A stretch of DNA of 62,670 nt, filler included, from Dimargaris cristalligena (taxonomy: Eukaryota): NCBI GenBank assembly GCA_003614675.1. It is 6 parts of 6 records of this genome, joined end to end, with 100 filler letters (N's around TTAATTAATTAA, not from the genome) between each part and the next. Parts side by side here need not be neighbours in the genome. Positions count along the whole stretch, not along the records: positions 41,866 to 52,220 come from ML003194.1; positions 52,321 to 62,670 come from ML003195.1; 4 more parts are not named here. One strand, given 5' to 3'. The position numbers were made by a program, and so were the translations under genes. Shown piece by piece: positions 50,695 to 62,670 of the stretch; the stretch's first letter is position 1, and the number at the start of each line of letters is the position of its first letter. A model generated the notes under the pieces. That model had not been told where the DNA came from. It worked only from the letters and a program-made list of their open reading frames with translations, and made no database searches.

Positions 50695-51688
50695 TTAACC
50701 AGATTTTAAATTATATGAGGTAAAGACATCTCGAACCCGTCGGTTAAGTATATCCCAATGTTCGGTCATTGGGATTGCTGTGATCGTCACATTATCACCA
50801 AGGGTCTTGTTGGCCTTCTCAAGGGCATCACAGTCATAACCACCATCCTTATTGGTAAATGTCTGGTAACTCATTTGTTTTTTTACGGGGTCAAATGAAA
50901 TGCCGTATATGAAGGACGGCCGAGTTAACATTGGTACATTGTTGGTAATAAACCGGCTTAGTCGACTTTTAAAGCCATGACCGGTGTTCGTTTTTTCCGC
51001 TACTTTTTGTCGATAATTTTTTGCATGCGTTTGGATAGCAGATATAGTCGTTTCAGTTCTTTGCTTATTAGTAGCCCGGTGGTTAATTTCTTCAGGTTGA
51101 AATAATGCATGGGGGTATTTCACAAAGGCCAGGTCAAAAAGACGTCCACAATACTCGTGGTTGTGTTCTGTGGGCTTGATTTTTAGTTTAGCCCGTTCAT
51201 TCACTATAGCACGTGCCGAGTGCTCCCAGACTTGGCCATCGAAAGCGTCGTCTGTCTGAGTGCTAATAGGCATAGCCAGCGGGGCTTGGACATTCACAGC
51301 GATTCCCAAGGCGTTTCTTGCGGGGTTGGAGTGATAATCAGTTACACTTTGCGTCGATAGAGAGTCCTGGAATTGCGAGGACGTCTCTCCGTTCACGGGC
51401 GGACCAGCGATCTGATGGCGGTAGACGCTGGAGGTGGATGGGTTGACCGGATACTCGACATGTCCATAACGGACAGTACCAGTACTTGGGTTAAACGTGG
51501 GGCTTGAGGTCCAGCTCATTGTAGCTTCAGCTGGGCTAATGTCTGATCCCCGGCTGGCCCTGGCTGGTGTACGTAGTTGCCAATGGGTTGGGGACTCGGA
51601 GGCCTTGAGAAGCAGCCCACACTAAATTAGAGGATGTAGCCAACAGCCACGCTAAGGATAGAGTTACCTTCGGGAATACTTGGACCAT
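50695..51688 (-). CDS. Orphan protein; the signal-peptide-like 5' segment is out of frame with the main ORF (frameshift or 46-nt intron)
   Basis: 274-aa ORF 51519-50695; upstream ATG 51688 gives MVQVFPKVTLSLAWLLATSSNLV; TATAAATA at ~51815-51822. Confidence 0.55.
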
Positions 51689-52220
51689 TATTGAGTCGGG
51701 AAACAGTTGATAAACGGTAGGGGCTGGGTAAAAGAGAGTGGCTGACGAAGTGGGGAGGGATATAGGCAGGACAGAGTAGGGTTTATTCGAGTGAGCTGGG
51801 AGGAAAATGCCGGCTATTTATAGAGTGCCACATATAAATAAAATAGAAGTGCTGCTTTAGTTTATCAGGGAGGACCATGCTGTATACTTGTTGTGATAAT
51901 CACTATATTTAGACTGGCCTAGGTTCAACACGGACGGAAAGACTGAATATTCGGTGGAGGTGGACGTGTCCCAATATCCTGCCTTATTACCCCATGGTTT
52001 TTGAGTGGTTTGTTCCCCCATGCGTGGTTCCACGGAATATCACAGAACTGCTATTGGAAGACGATTACCAAGGTAATTATTTTATCTCCCATTAGCCTAT
52101 ACTATAGTGGGTTTGTAACGGTTTGGGTCGAGTGGGACCTATGGGTTAACCGATTTGCCAAAAGGGGTAAGGATTGACAAAATAACAAGGTGCCGAGTTG
52201 GGCAAAGAAAGCTTCTAAAG

Positions 52221-52320
52221 NNNNNNNNNNNNNNNNNNNNNNNNNNNNNNNNNNNNNNNNNNNNTTAATTAATTAANNNNNNNNNNNNNNNNNNNNNNNN
52301 NNNNNNNNNNNNNNNNNNNN
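52221..52320. other. Artificial contig linker
   Basis: N-TTAATTAATTAA-N spacer. Confidence 0.98.
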
Positions 52321-52435
52321 TGGTGGTGTCGGCCATCAACTAATGATTGACGGATTCCCCGATTCGAAAAAGATTGAATAAATATCATTATGCTATATAT
52401 AAACTGTACTTCGTAATAATTTATCACGCCCACAA

Positions 52436-54503
52436 TTATAATGGTCGCAAATTCAACAGGATGACCAATATTAAGGGGATGTACAGGTTATCGTTTTGGT
52501 CCGTTAGAGCTTCCCCGATTGCCGTGATGGTTGTACTCATGATAAACCAGCTTGCTCCACTAGGACCGGCGCTCGCTTGGAATGTCGGGCTAAGTGAAAG
52601 AACGCCGGTCACGATAAGGACACTCAATGTGAATGCCACGGTCCCCTCCACCGTCTTTCTACTCCCTGGCCAATGGTGTCGCCCCCAGGCGGACTGCCCG
52701 ACTATCGAGGCGGCCGCGTCACCGAGTCCTAGGGTGAGAATACCGGCCAGATTGGCTATGGGGTGGGAGGTTCGAAGCCAAATCGGGATCGCACAACCCA
52801 CAATAAGGTATAAATGTGACAGAATTGCGTAGCCCGAGTCGTGGTAGTCGATAAAGGGGATCATAAAGCGGTTAATGGGCTCGGCTAATGGTGATATCCG
52901 GAGTATTCGCGCAAGTTCAATGGATGTCAGGGCACACCAGCCGATACCCATGCTCAAATAAAGCATATCCGGCTAATTGAAATAGTGATAGCAATTAGAG
53001 GGATGGGTTAAAAAACATAAGGATTTTTTTTATGATTACATTGGGCGGTTTAGTGGACTTTACGGGGTTAACTATCGATTTTAGACATGGGGTTCAAACT
53101 ACTACTACAAAGGCTACTTGGCCGGAATAACTTACTGCAAGCCAGTGGCACGGAATAAACATAATGAGAATTAGGGCATGGTAGTACTTGCGACCAAGAT
53201 TGTGCCCAAATCTTGTTTGGAATTTTGGAACTACCCCCGTCGCCCCCCTTAGTTCTTTCGATTCGGTCATGATGTAGCGGATGCCAGCAATGGATAGGCC
53301 GATACATAGTAGCCAAAAAACCGGGAAGATCCGGTGGTGGTTATTCGATCCGAGAAACAGCCATAGCCTATAGCCAAAGTGTTTGGCGGTAATGTTGGGT
53401 AAGCACATATAGGAAATGATAAGGACAACTATAACCCGTGAAAATCAAATTGCTGGCGGTACCATTCGGTCCCATTAAATACGATGGACATACTGGCTTA
53501 TTAGAATGTAGTTCGATTTGTATTTACCATTCCAGGGCATTTTGGCCCATCAGGGCGGTCAGTGTCAGTAAGGTAATTACAAGCAGCCCAAGCCCTAATA
53601 ACCCAAATTGAACCAGGGGCATTATGGAGCCTTCTGACTTGCTCGGCTCCACCCGGCTTGACGGTAAGATATGTACGGCAAGGTACGCTAAGACTATTGG
53701 AAAGATTATCAGGGATTGGGTGGCTACGATTAAGGGGGGGCGCTCCATAGGTACCAGGGGCGCAAGAGCTCCTACCATCTGCATGTGAAAATAGGTGTTT
53801 GGTGGATAGCCAGGTCTATGATATTAGCTCATTAGGGATATACAGATAGAACAGTGATTGATGGAGCAATTAAATTGGCCAATGCACACATAGAAATACA
53901 TTAACAAGCAGTGTTTGGTCTACCTACCCGGGACCCGATTAGTAGGGCTAGGTCACCCCCAACTAAACTGATACTAGCCGAAAACGTGAATAATTCACCA
54001 AGGGTGAAGCTGCCTGGTAGTCGGTGGCCGATGGCCCAAGTGGTGAACCAGAATAGTTCATGGAAAAGTAAAAAGGGCCAGAAATGGCCATCAAATTCGA
54101 CCAGGTCCAGGAAATAGACCAGTAGTGACAATATCGAGATCGATAGGACATGGACTCGTCCCAACCAACGACGGCGATACTGTCCGAACGATGAGCGGGC
54201 AGCTACTCGCCATATAAGAAGGTGAACGAGAGCCGATATACTCAGTAGGGTGGCAACCTTCGACAATTGGTAGAGGTAGGCCTTGGTAAGCTCATAGTTG
54301 GGGTTGTCCCGGTGGGATAGGGAGTAGTCGCGGGTAGTAGAGTATACCACGAGTGGTACGGTGCTTAAACCCAGGTACAGGCCGGAACTTACACCGGGTC
54401 GGCCCTGAAATAGACCAGCGAGGGAAGTCGCTAGTGTGGACGGGGCTTCCGCTGAGAGGGCGTCCGGGTTTAGGCGGTCACTGTACAAAAAGACCGAAGA
54501 CAT
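52436..54503 (-). CDS. SEC59: Dolichol kinase, multi-exon
   Basis: LPGSFTLGE, RKYYHAL, ILSHLYLIVGCAIPIWL, GILTLGLGDAAASIVG, WPGSRKTVEGT, QNDNL (CTP-transferase motifs). Confidence 0.92.
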
Positions 54504-54921
54504 GGTCACAAGTGAGGGTGGAAAAGGGCATGTCGGGTTGCTATACAGAAAGGTTAATCTACATAGGTCCGGAGCAGTCCAGTGGCCAAATATATTTTCC
54601 TCGCTCCGTTCGGGCTGCATTCCGACCGACCTAACCGAGAAAGTTGTAAAAAAGGCCGGGGAGAATTTCTACGAGAATAGAGACGATTTCCCCCCGCCTA
54701 TGCGGTACTGCTATGAGTGTAGTGAGATAGGAGGTAGTCTATTGTTTTCATGTACCTTGGCCGAATCTATAGCTGACTGCTTCCCGTACCACATTTTGCA
54801 ACTCAGCATCCATAGTTGGTTTGACCTTCCTTCTCTGATAGACACGATTCCTACTTCCTGGTTCTCTAACATCCCCGTTCTCTATTCGACCCCAGTTCCG
54901 TTTTTCTCTGCTTCTACCAAC

Positions 54922-56838
54922 ATGCCTCGTGAAATTATTACTCTGCAAGCGGGCCAGTGTGGTAACCAAGGTAAATCGCCCCACCTTCTCACTCATTAGC
55001 CATCTGTTCGCCGAACCAAAACCCTGCCGGCTAGACACCAACACTGCCATATGCCAGGGCATATAGTACGGGCATCGCCGAAGTCCCTCCCAACACTCAA
55101 TCACAGGGACCCTGTTGGCCATTTGGTGCTTTCACTCACCACTTTATATGCACCGAAACCTCTCCATGTATATACAATTACCCAGTCGGTACCGAATTCT
55201 GGTCACGGTTATGCGCGGAACACGGGATTAGCCCGGACGGCACTCTAGAGGATTTTGCTACCGAAGGTGGTGACCGTAAAGATGTATTTTTCTACCAGGT
55301 AAGAGGTCAATATGATGCGTATATGTTCCAATGTTAGCAATCTTAACATCGTATATGCGAGGAAGTTCTGTTACAGATCGCCTCTCTTTAAAAGCCATGG
55401 AATTGTGGATGGACTCTGTAATTAATTTAAAATGCGCCTTGGTATATCAACTACACTATCTCCAATAGGCCGATGACGAGCACTACATTCCCCGGGCACT
55501 TTTACTAGATCTCGAGCCTCGAGTAAGTTACCGCCGAACTCTTTTTATTGGTTCGGTTACTAATGCTCCCCCCCTATATTCCAAGATCACCAGGTCAATC
55601 CGCGGACTTAATAACTGTGTGGTAAACCCGATACCGTCTGATACCCCATCTTCCTTTCCCCGCTTCATATATATCCATCGAATACCCAGGTCATTGATGG
55701 TATCATGACCTCGCCCTACGCCCATCTCTACAACCCGGAAAATATTTTTTGTTCGAAAGACGGCAGTGGGGCTGGTAATATCTGGGCCCAAGGGTACGCC
55801 CAAGCCGAAAAACTATGCGAAGAAGTACTTGACATGGTGGACCGTGAGGCCGATGGTAGCGATTCCCTGGAAGGGTTCACGCTATTGCACTCAATTGCGG
55901 GGGGTACCGGTTCCGGTATGGGCTCGTTTTTGCTGGAAAAACTCAACGATCGCTACCCTAAAAAACTCATTCAAACCTACTCAGTGTTCCCCAACAACGA
56001 AGAAGTGTCGGATGTTGTGGTCCAACCGTACAACAGTATGCTCAGTTTGAAGCGCCTGACTACCAACGCCGACTGTGTCGTAGTGTTAGACAATTCAGCT
56101 CTAAGTCGGATCATTGCCGACCGCCTCCATATCCCTGACCCCTCTTTCTCTCAAACCAACCAACTGGTCTCTACTGTGATGGCGGCGAGCACTCAAACCC
56201 TGCGCTACCCGGGCTACATGAACAACGACCTGGTGAGTATGGTGGCCTCCCTGATCCCTACCCCTAAATGCCACTTCCTCACCACCTCCTATACCCCCTT
56301 TACGAGCGACAATGTCGAAAAGGCCAAGACTGTTCGTGTAACGACCGTATTCGATGTTATGCGCCGACTTTTGCAGCCTAAGAACCGGATGGTGTCGATC
56401 GCGTCGTCTAAACGCAATTGTTACATTTCCCTCTTTAACATCATCCAAGGTGAAGCGGACCCCACTGAAGTACACAAGTCTCTACTGCGCATTCGGGAAC
56501 GCCGGTTGGCCCAATTTATCCCCTGGGGACCCGCTAGTATCCAAGTTGCCTTGACCCGCAAATCACCGTACATACCCACCGCCCATCGTGTGAGTGGCCT
56601 CATGTTGTCCAACCATACCAGCATTGCATCGTTGTTCAAACGAACCATCGACCAATACGACCGGCTCCGTAAACGCAATGCTTTCCTGGATCAGTTTAAG
56701 CGGGAGGCTATGTTCTCGGAGGATCTGGGCGAGTTTGATGAGGCCCGTGAAGTGGTGCAGGATTTGGTCAATGAGTATCGGGCTTGCGAAACCCCTGAAT
56801 ACCTGCAACATGGCCAATCCGGTACGGATGGCGCCTAA
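54922..56838 (+). CDS. TUB4: Gamma-tubulin; exons 54922-54970, 55186-55298, 55469-55522, 55690-56838
   Basis: [83 protein letters not shown]. Confidence 0.98.
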
Positions 56839-57862
56839 ATTGATGGCTAAGAATTACTCTATATTACATTGCCTATATACCCACATTTCGACATTCCAAC
56901 GGATCCCAACCTTAACCCAAGATAGCCCTTGGCCTACTTTACAGCTGTCTATAATCCGGATTGACCATCTGGTTAGGACAAATGGACCCGGAAAACATAG
57001 ACATTCCTTGGGCTCAGGGATTATACACTTCAAATTTCTATACAATTCATAGTCTGTACTATTGCCTATATCCACTCTCACTAATCGTATAATTGCTAAA
57101 AATGACTATTATTTAACCCTCCAGTAAACTACATTTAATATCTCCAACATTGCACTATATTGCATAAGACTCTTTTAATGTGTTCGTATACCTTGCTATT
57201 TGGTCAACAATCGCTTAGCCTAGCCCCAACTAAATACGAATTGGATAGCAGTGGGGCAAGACTAAGTGCATACCCGCTGCCAGTAAAAATACACGTCAAA
57301 TTACGATTGCGGGGCTACCTTATGCCCTATCTTTTGAGCAAACAGCCCTGGGAGACGGAAATCGGGTTTCGGGACAGGAGGGAGCAAGTATATAAGTTAT
57401 TTACAAAATTCGACAATAGATGGAGTGACTGGCCTACTATTTCTTAGCACAGGTACTGTTTTTTTTTTAACAATTTCACTCTCGAATGGGCTCAGTTGAT
57501 TGCTGTGAGAAGTCTGGCAAAGTGTTTACGGGTTCTTCAAGCGATTTCTACTAGTATTAATTATAATGTAGGCCTATCATTGGCGTGAGTTTTAGTGATT
57601 GCTTCTTGAAAGATGCATTTTACTACTGATTAAACAACCATTGTTTAGTTGGTGTAGTCAAGTAAATCTGCCACTTTATATATAGAGCGTAGGGTGGAGA
57701 AACACCAACGAATACAGGTCCGTTAAACAATATTTGAATAATAAATAATTTGGGGCCTGTTCTATCCAATTAATTCCAAAAATACGGCCCAGATGGTAAT
57801 CAAGTACAATGGTGGAGGGGCAACGATAAGCTGCACGAAATGGAATAGGAATCAAATGTAAA

Positions 57863-59755
57863 TTATTTTTTGGCAGGATCCGACGATTTCTTTGATTTGC
57901 TATGCGCTATTTGGAGTTGGAACAGATTGCGATTACATTTTTCCATAAGAACAGCATCTTTCGCGGCCTCGGCCTTTCGACTCGCGACGAGCCAGTGGGC
58001 CATGGCAGCCTCGGGCTGATTATTAAACTATATCATCGTATAGTAGGTATCCGTCAAACCAGAAAAATATTAGTTTGATAAATAAATATGCGGATGGACG
58101 TTTGATCAATCTCAAATAGTCGACAATAGATTGAATACAATTATAAACCGATGGTGAAGTTCATTTCAACCGAACTATGGTACACTAGTCCAGCCCACAT
58201 AGCGCTTGGCTAGATTGAACGCTTTCTAGGTAATGTATATATGTGAAGCAAAGCTTACCTCCGATATCCGCGCTATATGTGAATAAATAACGGCTGCGCA
58301 ACTATCGCAGGCAGGAATACCCGAGTTTCGCTCAACCACCCCCCGACTACTCGCCAACCAACTGTCGGCATCCTCCCGTTGGCCTAGGCCGTATTTGATC
58401 TCGCCGAGGTGGTCCATCAACTGGGCATCCACACAGACCCAAGGGTCCACCACGGGATATTTGTTGTGGTCTTTAGCCATACTGCGCCGGCGGGACAATG
58501 AAGCAACAGCCGCCACTGGCGGAAAATAAAATCCCGCCAAATCAATTTGGCCGTTATACACCTCGTCGTTCAACCAGAGCCAGTGGTGCGGGACCGATCG
58601 CCAGGTGGGGAGTTGGAGGTCGCCCCGCTGGATGGCTTGGTCGCGTAACGCTCGGTAGGAGTGGTATTTGGTCAGGGCATCCGAGTACAGTCGCTGGGCC
58701 GCCGGTAGCTGGGATTGCAGGGCGTAGGTATCGCCAAGGCGTTCGATTATCCGAATTTCCATGAGGTGTACGTCGTGAATATTATAAATGACCGGCCGGC
58801 CTCCCTGGCGGATGCTAGTGTGCCAGGGGTTTCCAGTCCCGCGGGATGTGGCGGACTCCGCTTCCACTAGAGAATTGAGCTGACTTATCCATAGTAGACC
58901 GGCCCCAAGTTGGGCTTTGGCGGCATCCCAACGGGTTAAGCCGACGTTAACGGCGCCGAATTGGAGCGCAAGCCGAATTTTAAAGACGAGATTGGCGGCG
59001 TCGAGGGGTTTAGGTTCGGTGGACGGTTCCGTATCGCCCGAGCCGACATGGTAGTCCCAAACCTTGGTGTATTCTCTGGCGGCTTCTATCAAACGACCCT
59101 GGAGATCCATATGTTCCGCAATTCGCTGGGTGATCTCCACAATGACGGGATCACGCTCGGTGAACCCCTGCTCTTTCAAGAGCATAGTCCGGGCCCGCTG
59201 CAGGTATAATAAGGCCGAATCGGAACTAGGCAGGATTTGTTCACGAATCGCAGCACTGAGAAGGTATTTGCGAGCGGGATCTTTGACTCGACCACTGGTA
59301 TCATCAATAGGGGACAGTTCGGTCTCGATGTAATCAAAGAGGAGGTAAAAAGAACTGGCCACACTAACGGTGAGAGCCAGGGCGGAAATGCACAGGGCCA
59401 CGGCAATTCGGTTGATATAGGTAAAATTGCCCCGGTTAGCATCGGCGCGAATACTGGCACTACGTAGCGAATAAAGGGGCGATTTGGGGCCGCTGCTACC
59501 CCAGTTAAAAAGGTTGGAGAATGGGCCAGTGGCGGTGCGGGACGTCGACAGACTACGGCACATGGGGGCGGTGTACAATGGGGTGATTGGGGTGGGGCAG
59601 ACGGCTAGGCGGAGTGGCGTTCCGATTCGAAGGGCGCTCTGAGCCCCCCTGGGGATCCCAGAGGAGAATAGGCCTGCATTAGCTAAGCCGGCCGATAACC
59701 CGGCCAATCGGTCTCGGCTGCGCATGCGGCTGGGTGCTGGAATACGCCAGAACAT
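57863..59755 (-). CDS. Probable mitochondrial membrane TPR-like protein (Mgr3-like); exons 59755-58259, 58027-57863
   Basis: Arg/Ser-rich, acid-poor presequence-like N-terminus, one TM segment (IAVALCISALALTVSVASSFYLLF), helical TPR-like body, HLGEI..G and CDSC near the C-terminus; in-frame GTAAGC..TAG intron. Confidence 0.55.
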
Positions 59756-60330
59756 GATAGCGCTTGTCAAACGGGACTCCCTAATGGTGGTGGCGGTGGG
59801 TCACAGACGAATAAGTGTATAAGTAGAGTTCAGTAAGATCGCTGGAGTGCCGTCGCAGCGCTGACTTGCTTTTCTGGGGGAGGGTTACGAACCTACATGC
59901 CCTCGGATTCTTGTAAGTTCAATTTGGGGGTTCAGTGGAGTCTTTCAGTTAGATTAGGCGCGGAGTAGCGACGTAGCGTGAAGTTATTTTGGTCACCTGA
60001 CGGTGAGGAGCGTATCGAACCGGGATAACCACCACCTCCTTCGATTCTAATGGGCCTGTGCTAACCACCCCTGCTGATGACTAAGGGCTACCTGACGCCT
60101 GGCTAGGCAAGGACATCAGATGGGCGAGGCCTAAGAGTCGGAGCTTGTACCTCTCTGTATGAACCCGGTTTATCCGCATTCCTAATACCTTCCAACTCCC
60201 TTGTTCCATCCAGCGACTAGCCCATTTATTCCTCCATTATATTTGCCTATCCAATTCCTTATTCCTTCGTTGTATACTATAAAGAACGCATTGCTTCCAT
60301 CTAGTACCTACACAGCCCTTCTCAAGCACC

Positions 60331-61521
60331 ATGGACGCCCGCATCGATCTGAATAACATTGGGTTCGATTTTGACCTTACTAAGCGGTAGGTTGGCCAGG
60401 CAATCCAGACTCCACGAGTCTATCCAATTCCTACCTCTGACTGCTTCATCGAGTAGTACACGCTTTTCTTACCCTGGCAGATACTATATGCGGTTCGTCA
60501 ACAGCATCGCACTTATAACATACCACTAACGCGTTCCCCGTAACTCCTTACTATTAATTGCACTGATGCCCCCGATATCCTCGAATGAATGCAGTAATGC
60601 TGGCCTTGAGGCCAATGGAGCGACGGCGCCCAAGGCGACCAAGACTGGTACCACTATCGTAGGCCTTCTTTTCAAGGTAGGTTAGCCCCGCCGGGCCTGG
60701 GATATATTTTAACATCGAGAGTTATCTCGCCACTCATAATCTACTATCTATACCCGATCCTATTCGAGAAGCACGTCATATACATCCGTCTAACTCATTT
60801 ATATTGAAATCTTTCTGAAATTGCCAATATTACTCCACTATTTCTATAGGACGGTCTGGTCCTTGGTGCTGATACTCGTGCTACCGAAGGCCCAATTGTC
60901 GCTGACAAGAACTGCGAGAAGATCCATTACATCGCCCCCAACATGTATTGCTGCGGTGCCGGTACAGCCGCCGATACCGAGTTTACCACCAACATGATCA
61001 GCAGCCAAATGGAGTTGCACCGCATGTCCACCGGTCGGGAATCCCGAGTAGTGACCGCCATGACCCTCCTAAAACAGTACCTCTTCCGGCACCAGGGGCA
61101 CATCTCGGCCGCGCTCGTCCTCGGTGGGTTCGATGTCACCGGGCCCCACCTGTACACCATCTACCCCCACGGCAGTACCGATAAACTGCCCTACGTTACC
61201 ATGGGCAGCGGTTCCCTGGCGGCCATGTCCATCTTCGAGTCCCGCTGGCGCAGCGATATGGAGCGCCAGGAAGCTATTGATCTGGTGAAGGATGCCATTG
61301 AAGCCGGTATCTTTAACGATCTGGGTTCGGGTTCCAATGTGGACGTGTGCGTCATTGAAAAGGGCAAGGTAGATTACTTACGCAACTATGCCCGGCCCAA
61401 CGAGCGGGCCCAGAAGGAACAGAGCTATAAGTTTCCCCGTGGTACCACCGCGGTACTCAAGACCTCCATCCGTGATTTGGTGCAGGTTACCGAGGACACC
61501 GCCATGGATATTAGTACATAA
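60331..61521 (+). CDS. PUP1: 20S proteasome beta-2 subunit (PSMB7), 3 exons
   Basis: GFDFD propeptide, KTGTTIVG (catalytic Thr), [55 protein letters not shown]. Confidence 0.97.
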
Positions 61522-62670
61522 TTTGATTTTTAGCCTTCTGACCCCCTTTCTCCACAGTTGGGACTGCTTTCGTTGTTTGGGGGATGGGGTCTGGATGCTA
61601 CCTCTACTCTTCACCTTATCCCACACCCCCATCTTTCGGACTTTGATTCAATTTTAAACGTCTATAACCACCATTCCAATGTATTTTTTTATCGAAGGCA
61701 AACCTTTTCACCCTCCTTATTCCTCTGCGTTTTAAATTTGATAAATATAAGACGTCAATCGAGCCGGCTTTCTTCGAATGCATACAGCTACCGTTTAATA
61801 CGTGGTGAATGGTATATCCAGTAGGTATACTATTCCGGGCGTACCGTATAATAGGTCCTGGATCTCTGAATCCTGTGAAGTGGGTTTTTCGTATAAATAA
61901 ATTAGCGAGTCTGGATTGCGAGTGAGACTAAGTGATTTATCGAGTGTCTATTTTGCATCCAGTGGTTAAATACATAGTATGGGCGAGTCGGGCATAGTCC
62001 ACAGGGCATAACAAATCCCGACAGTCACTAGCTGGATTCATCATCTCCTATAATCTTAAATTTATTTTTTTCGTTAATTGGTGAGATTGGGATGCTCCAA
62101 AGTTCGCAACTATATTTCACATTTTAGTACCCTTTTCAGTTGTGGCCAAATGCGTCTGGAATATTAGTAATTTATTTATACAGGGTCATAAGGAGTAGCG
62201 CCTATATGGCATTTTAGATCTCCACCCTATGTTGTGATATAGCCAAACAGCTATAGTAGTATTTGCCATCATCTTATTTGTTTTTCCTCTTTTATTGAAA
62301 CCACCATCTATATTTAGGTGATTAGTCAAGGAATTGGTGCTGCTAGCCTAAGTTTTCCCTTTTTATAAGTTATTATTATTATACAACAATTATATATTTC
62401 TTTTTGATTGGTCTATTTTTCTGAGTATCATATTTATACCCTTGCTGTACTCTATCAATGAGTATCAACTTTAGCCTTAACCAATTATTAGTACGAGTAC
62501 CTTTTTAAATGCTGTTGTTTTTGTTATACCAATGGGTATAATCATTTTACTTATCCAATTATTAGTTCGAAGTTTCCTTTCTTCACCATTATTTTGGTGA
62601 TACTAACAAATGGTCTACCATTTAAAAACCAATGATACAATTCGAAGACCCTTGTCTTTACTTTTGTTTT

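Noticed and set aside
10376..52320. TTAATTAATTAA recurring every ~10.45 kb as a biological periodic repeat
   Set aside because: Always embedded in N runs; an artificial six-frame-stop linker between similarly sized contigs.
15001..54503. Apparent N-glycosylation cluster (RFT1, GNA1, SEC59)
   Set aside because: The genes are on three different contigs; the adjacency is an artefact of concatenation.
1..62670. CRISPR arrays, tRNA/rRNA genes, selenoprotein (in-frame TGA) genes, U12-type introns
   Set aside because: None seen by eye; all resolved introns are GT-AG with U2-like signals. A covariance-model scan would be needed to exclude small RNAs.

Overview
Eukaryotic, intron-containing fungal DNA with GT-AG introns and CTAAC-like branch points. 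The gene set (RAD51B, WDR81-type BEACH, BLOC1S2) suggests an early-diverging fungus, possibly a Zoopagomycota/Dimargaris-like parasite; this is inference. The window is not contiguous: it is six ~10.35-kb contigs joined by artificial 100-nt N-TTAATTAATTAA-N linkers, so gene order across linkers is meaningless. Housekeeping genes: BLOC1S2, RPS25, RAD51B, a CBS-domain protein, secreted 5'-nucleotidase, RFT1, cofactor-independent phosphoglycerate mutase, a Pmp3/Sna protein, GNA1, an NmrA-like protein, WDR81-like BEACH (partial), TRS130 (partial), SEC59, gamma-tubulin, an Mgr3-like protein and PUP1. The most interesting signal is two orphan two-exon genes on different contigs (18036-19541 + and 45868-47335 -). 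Both appear to encode a signal peptide, an F-box-like motif and a shared uncharacterised C-terminal domain, making them a candidate family of secreted F-box effectors. The contig carrying the second one is gene-poor. It also holds a full-length decayed Tc1 transposon with a nested insertion, paired MITE-like elements, and strong CpG loss plus CpA-type C-to-T changes (RIP-like).
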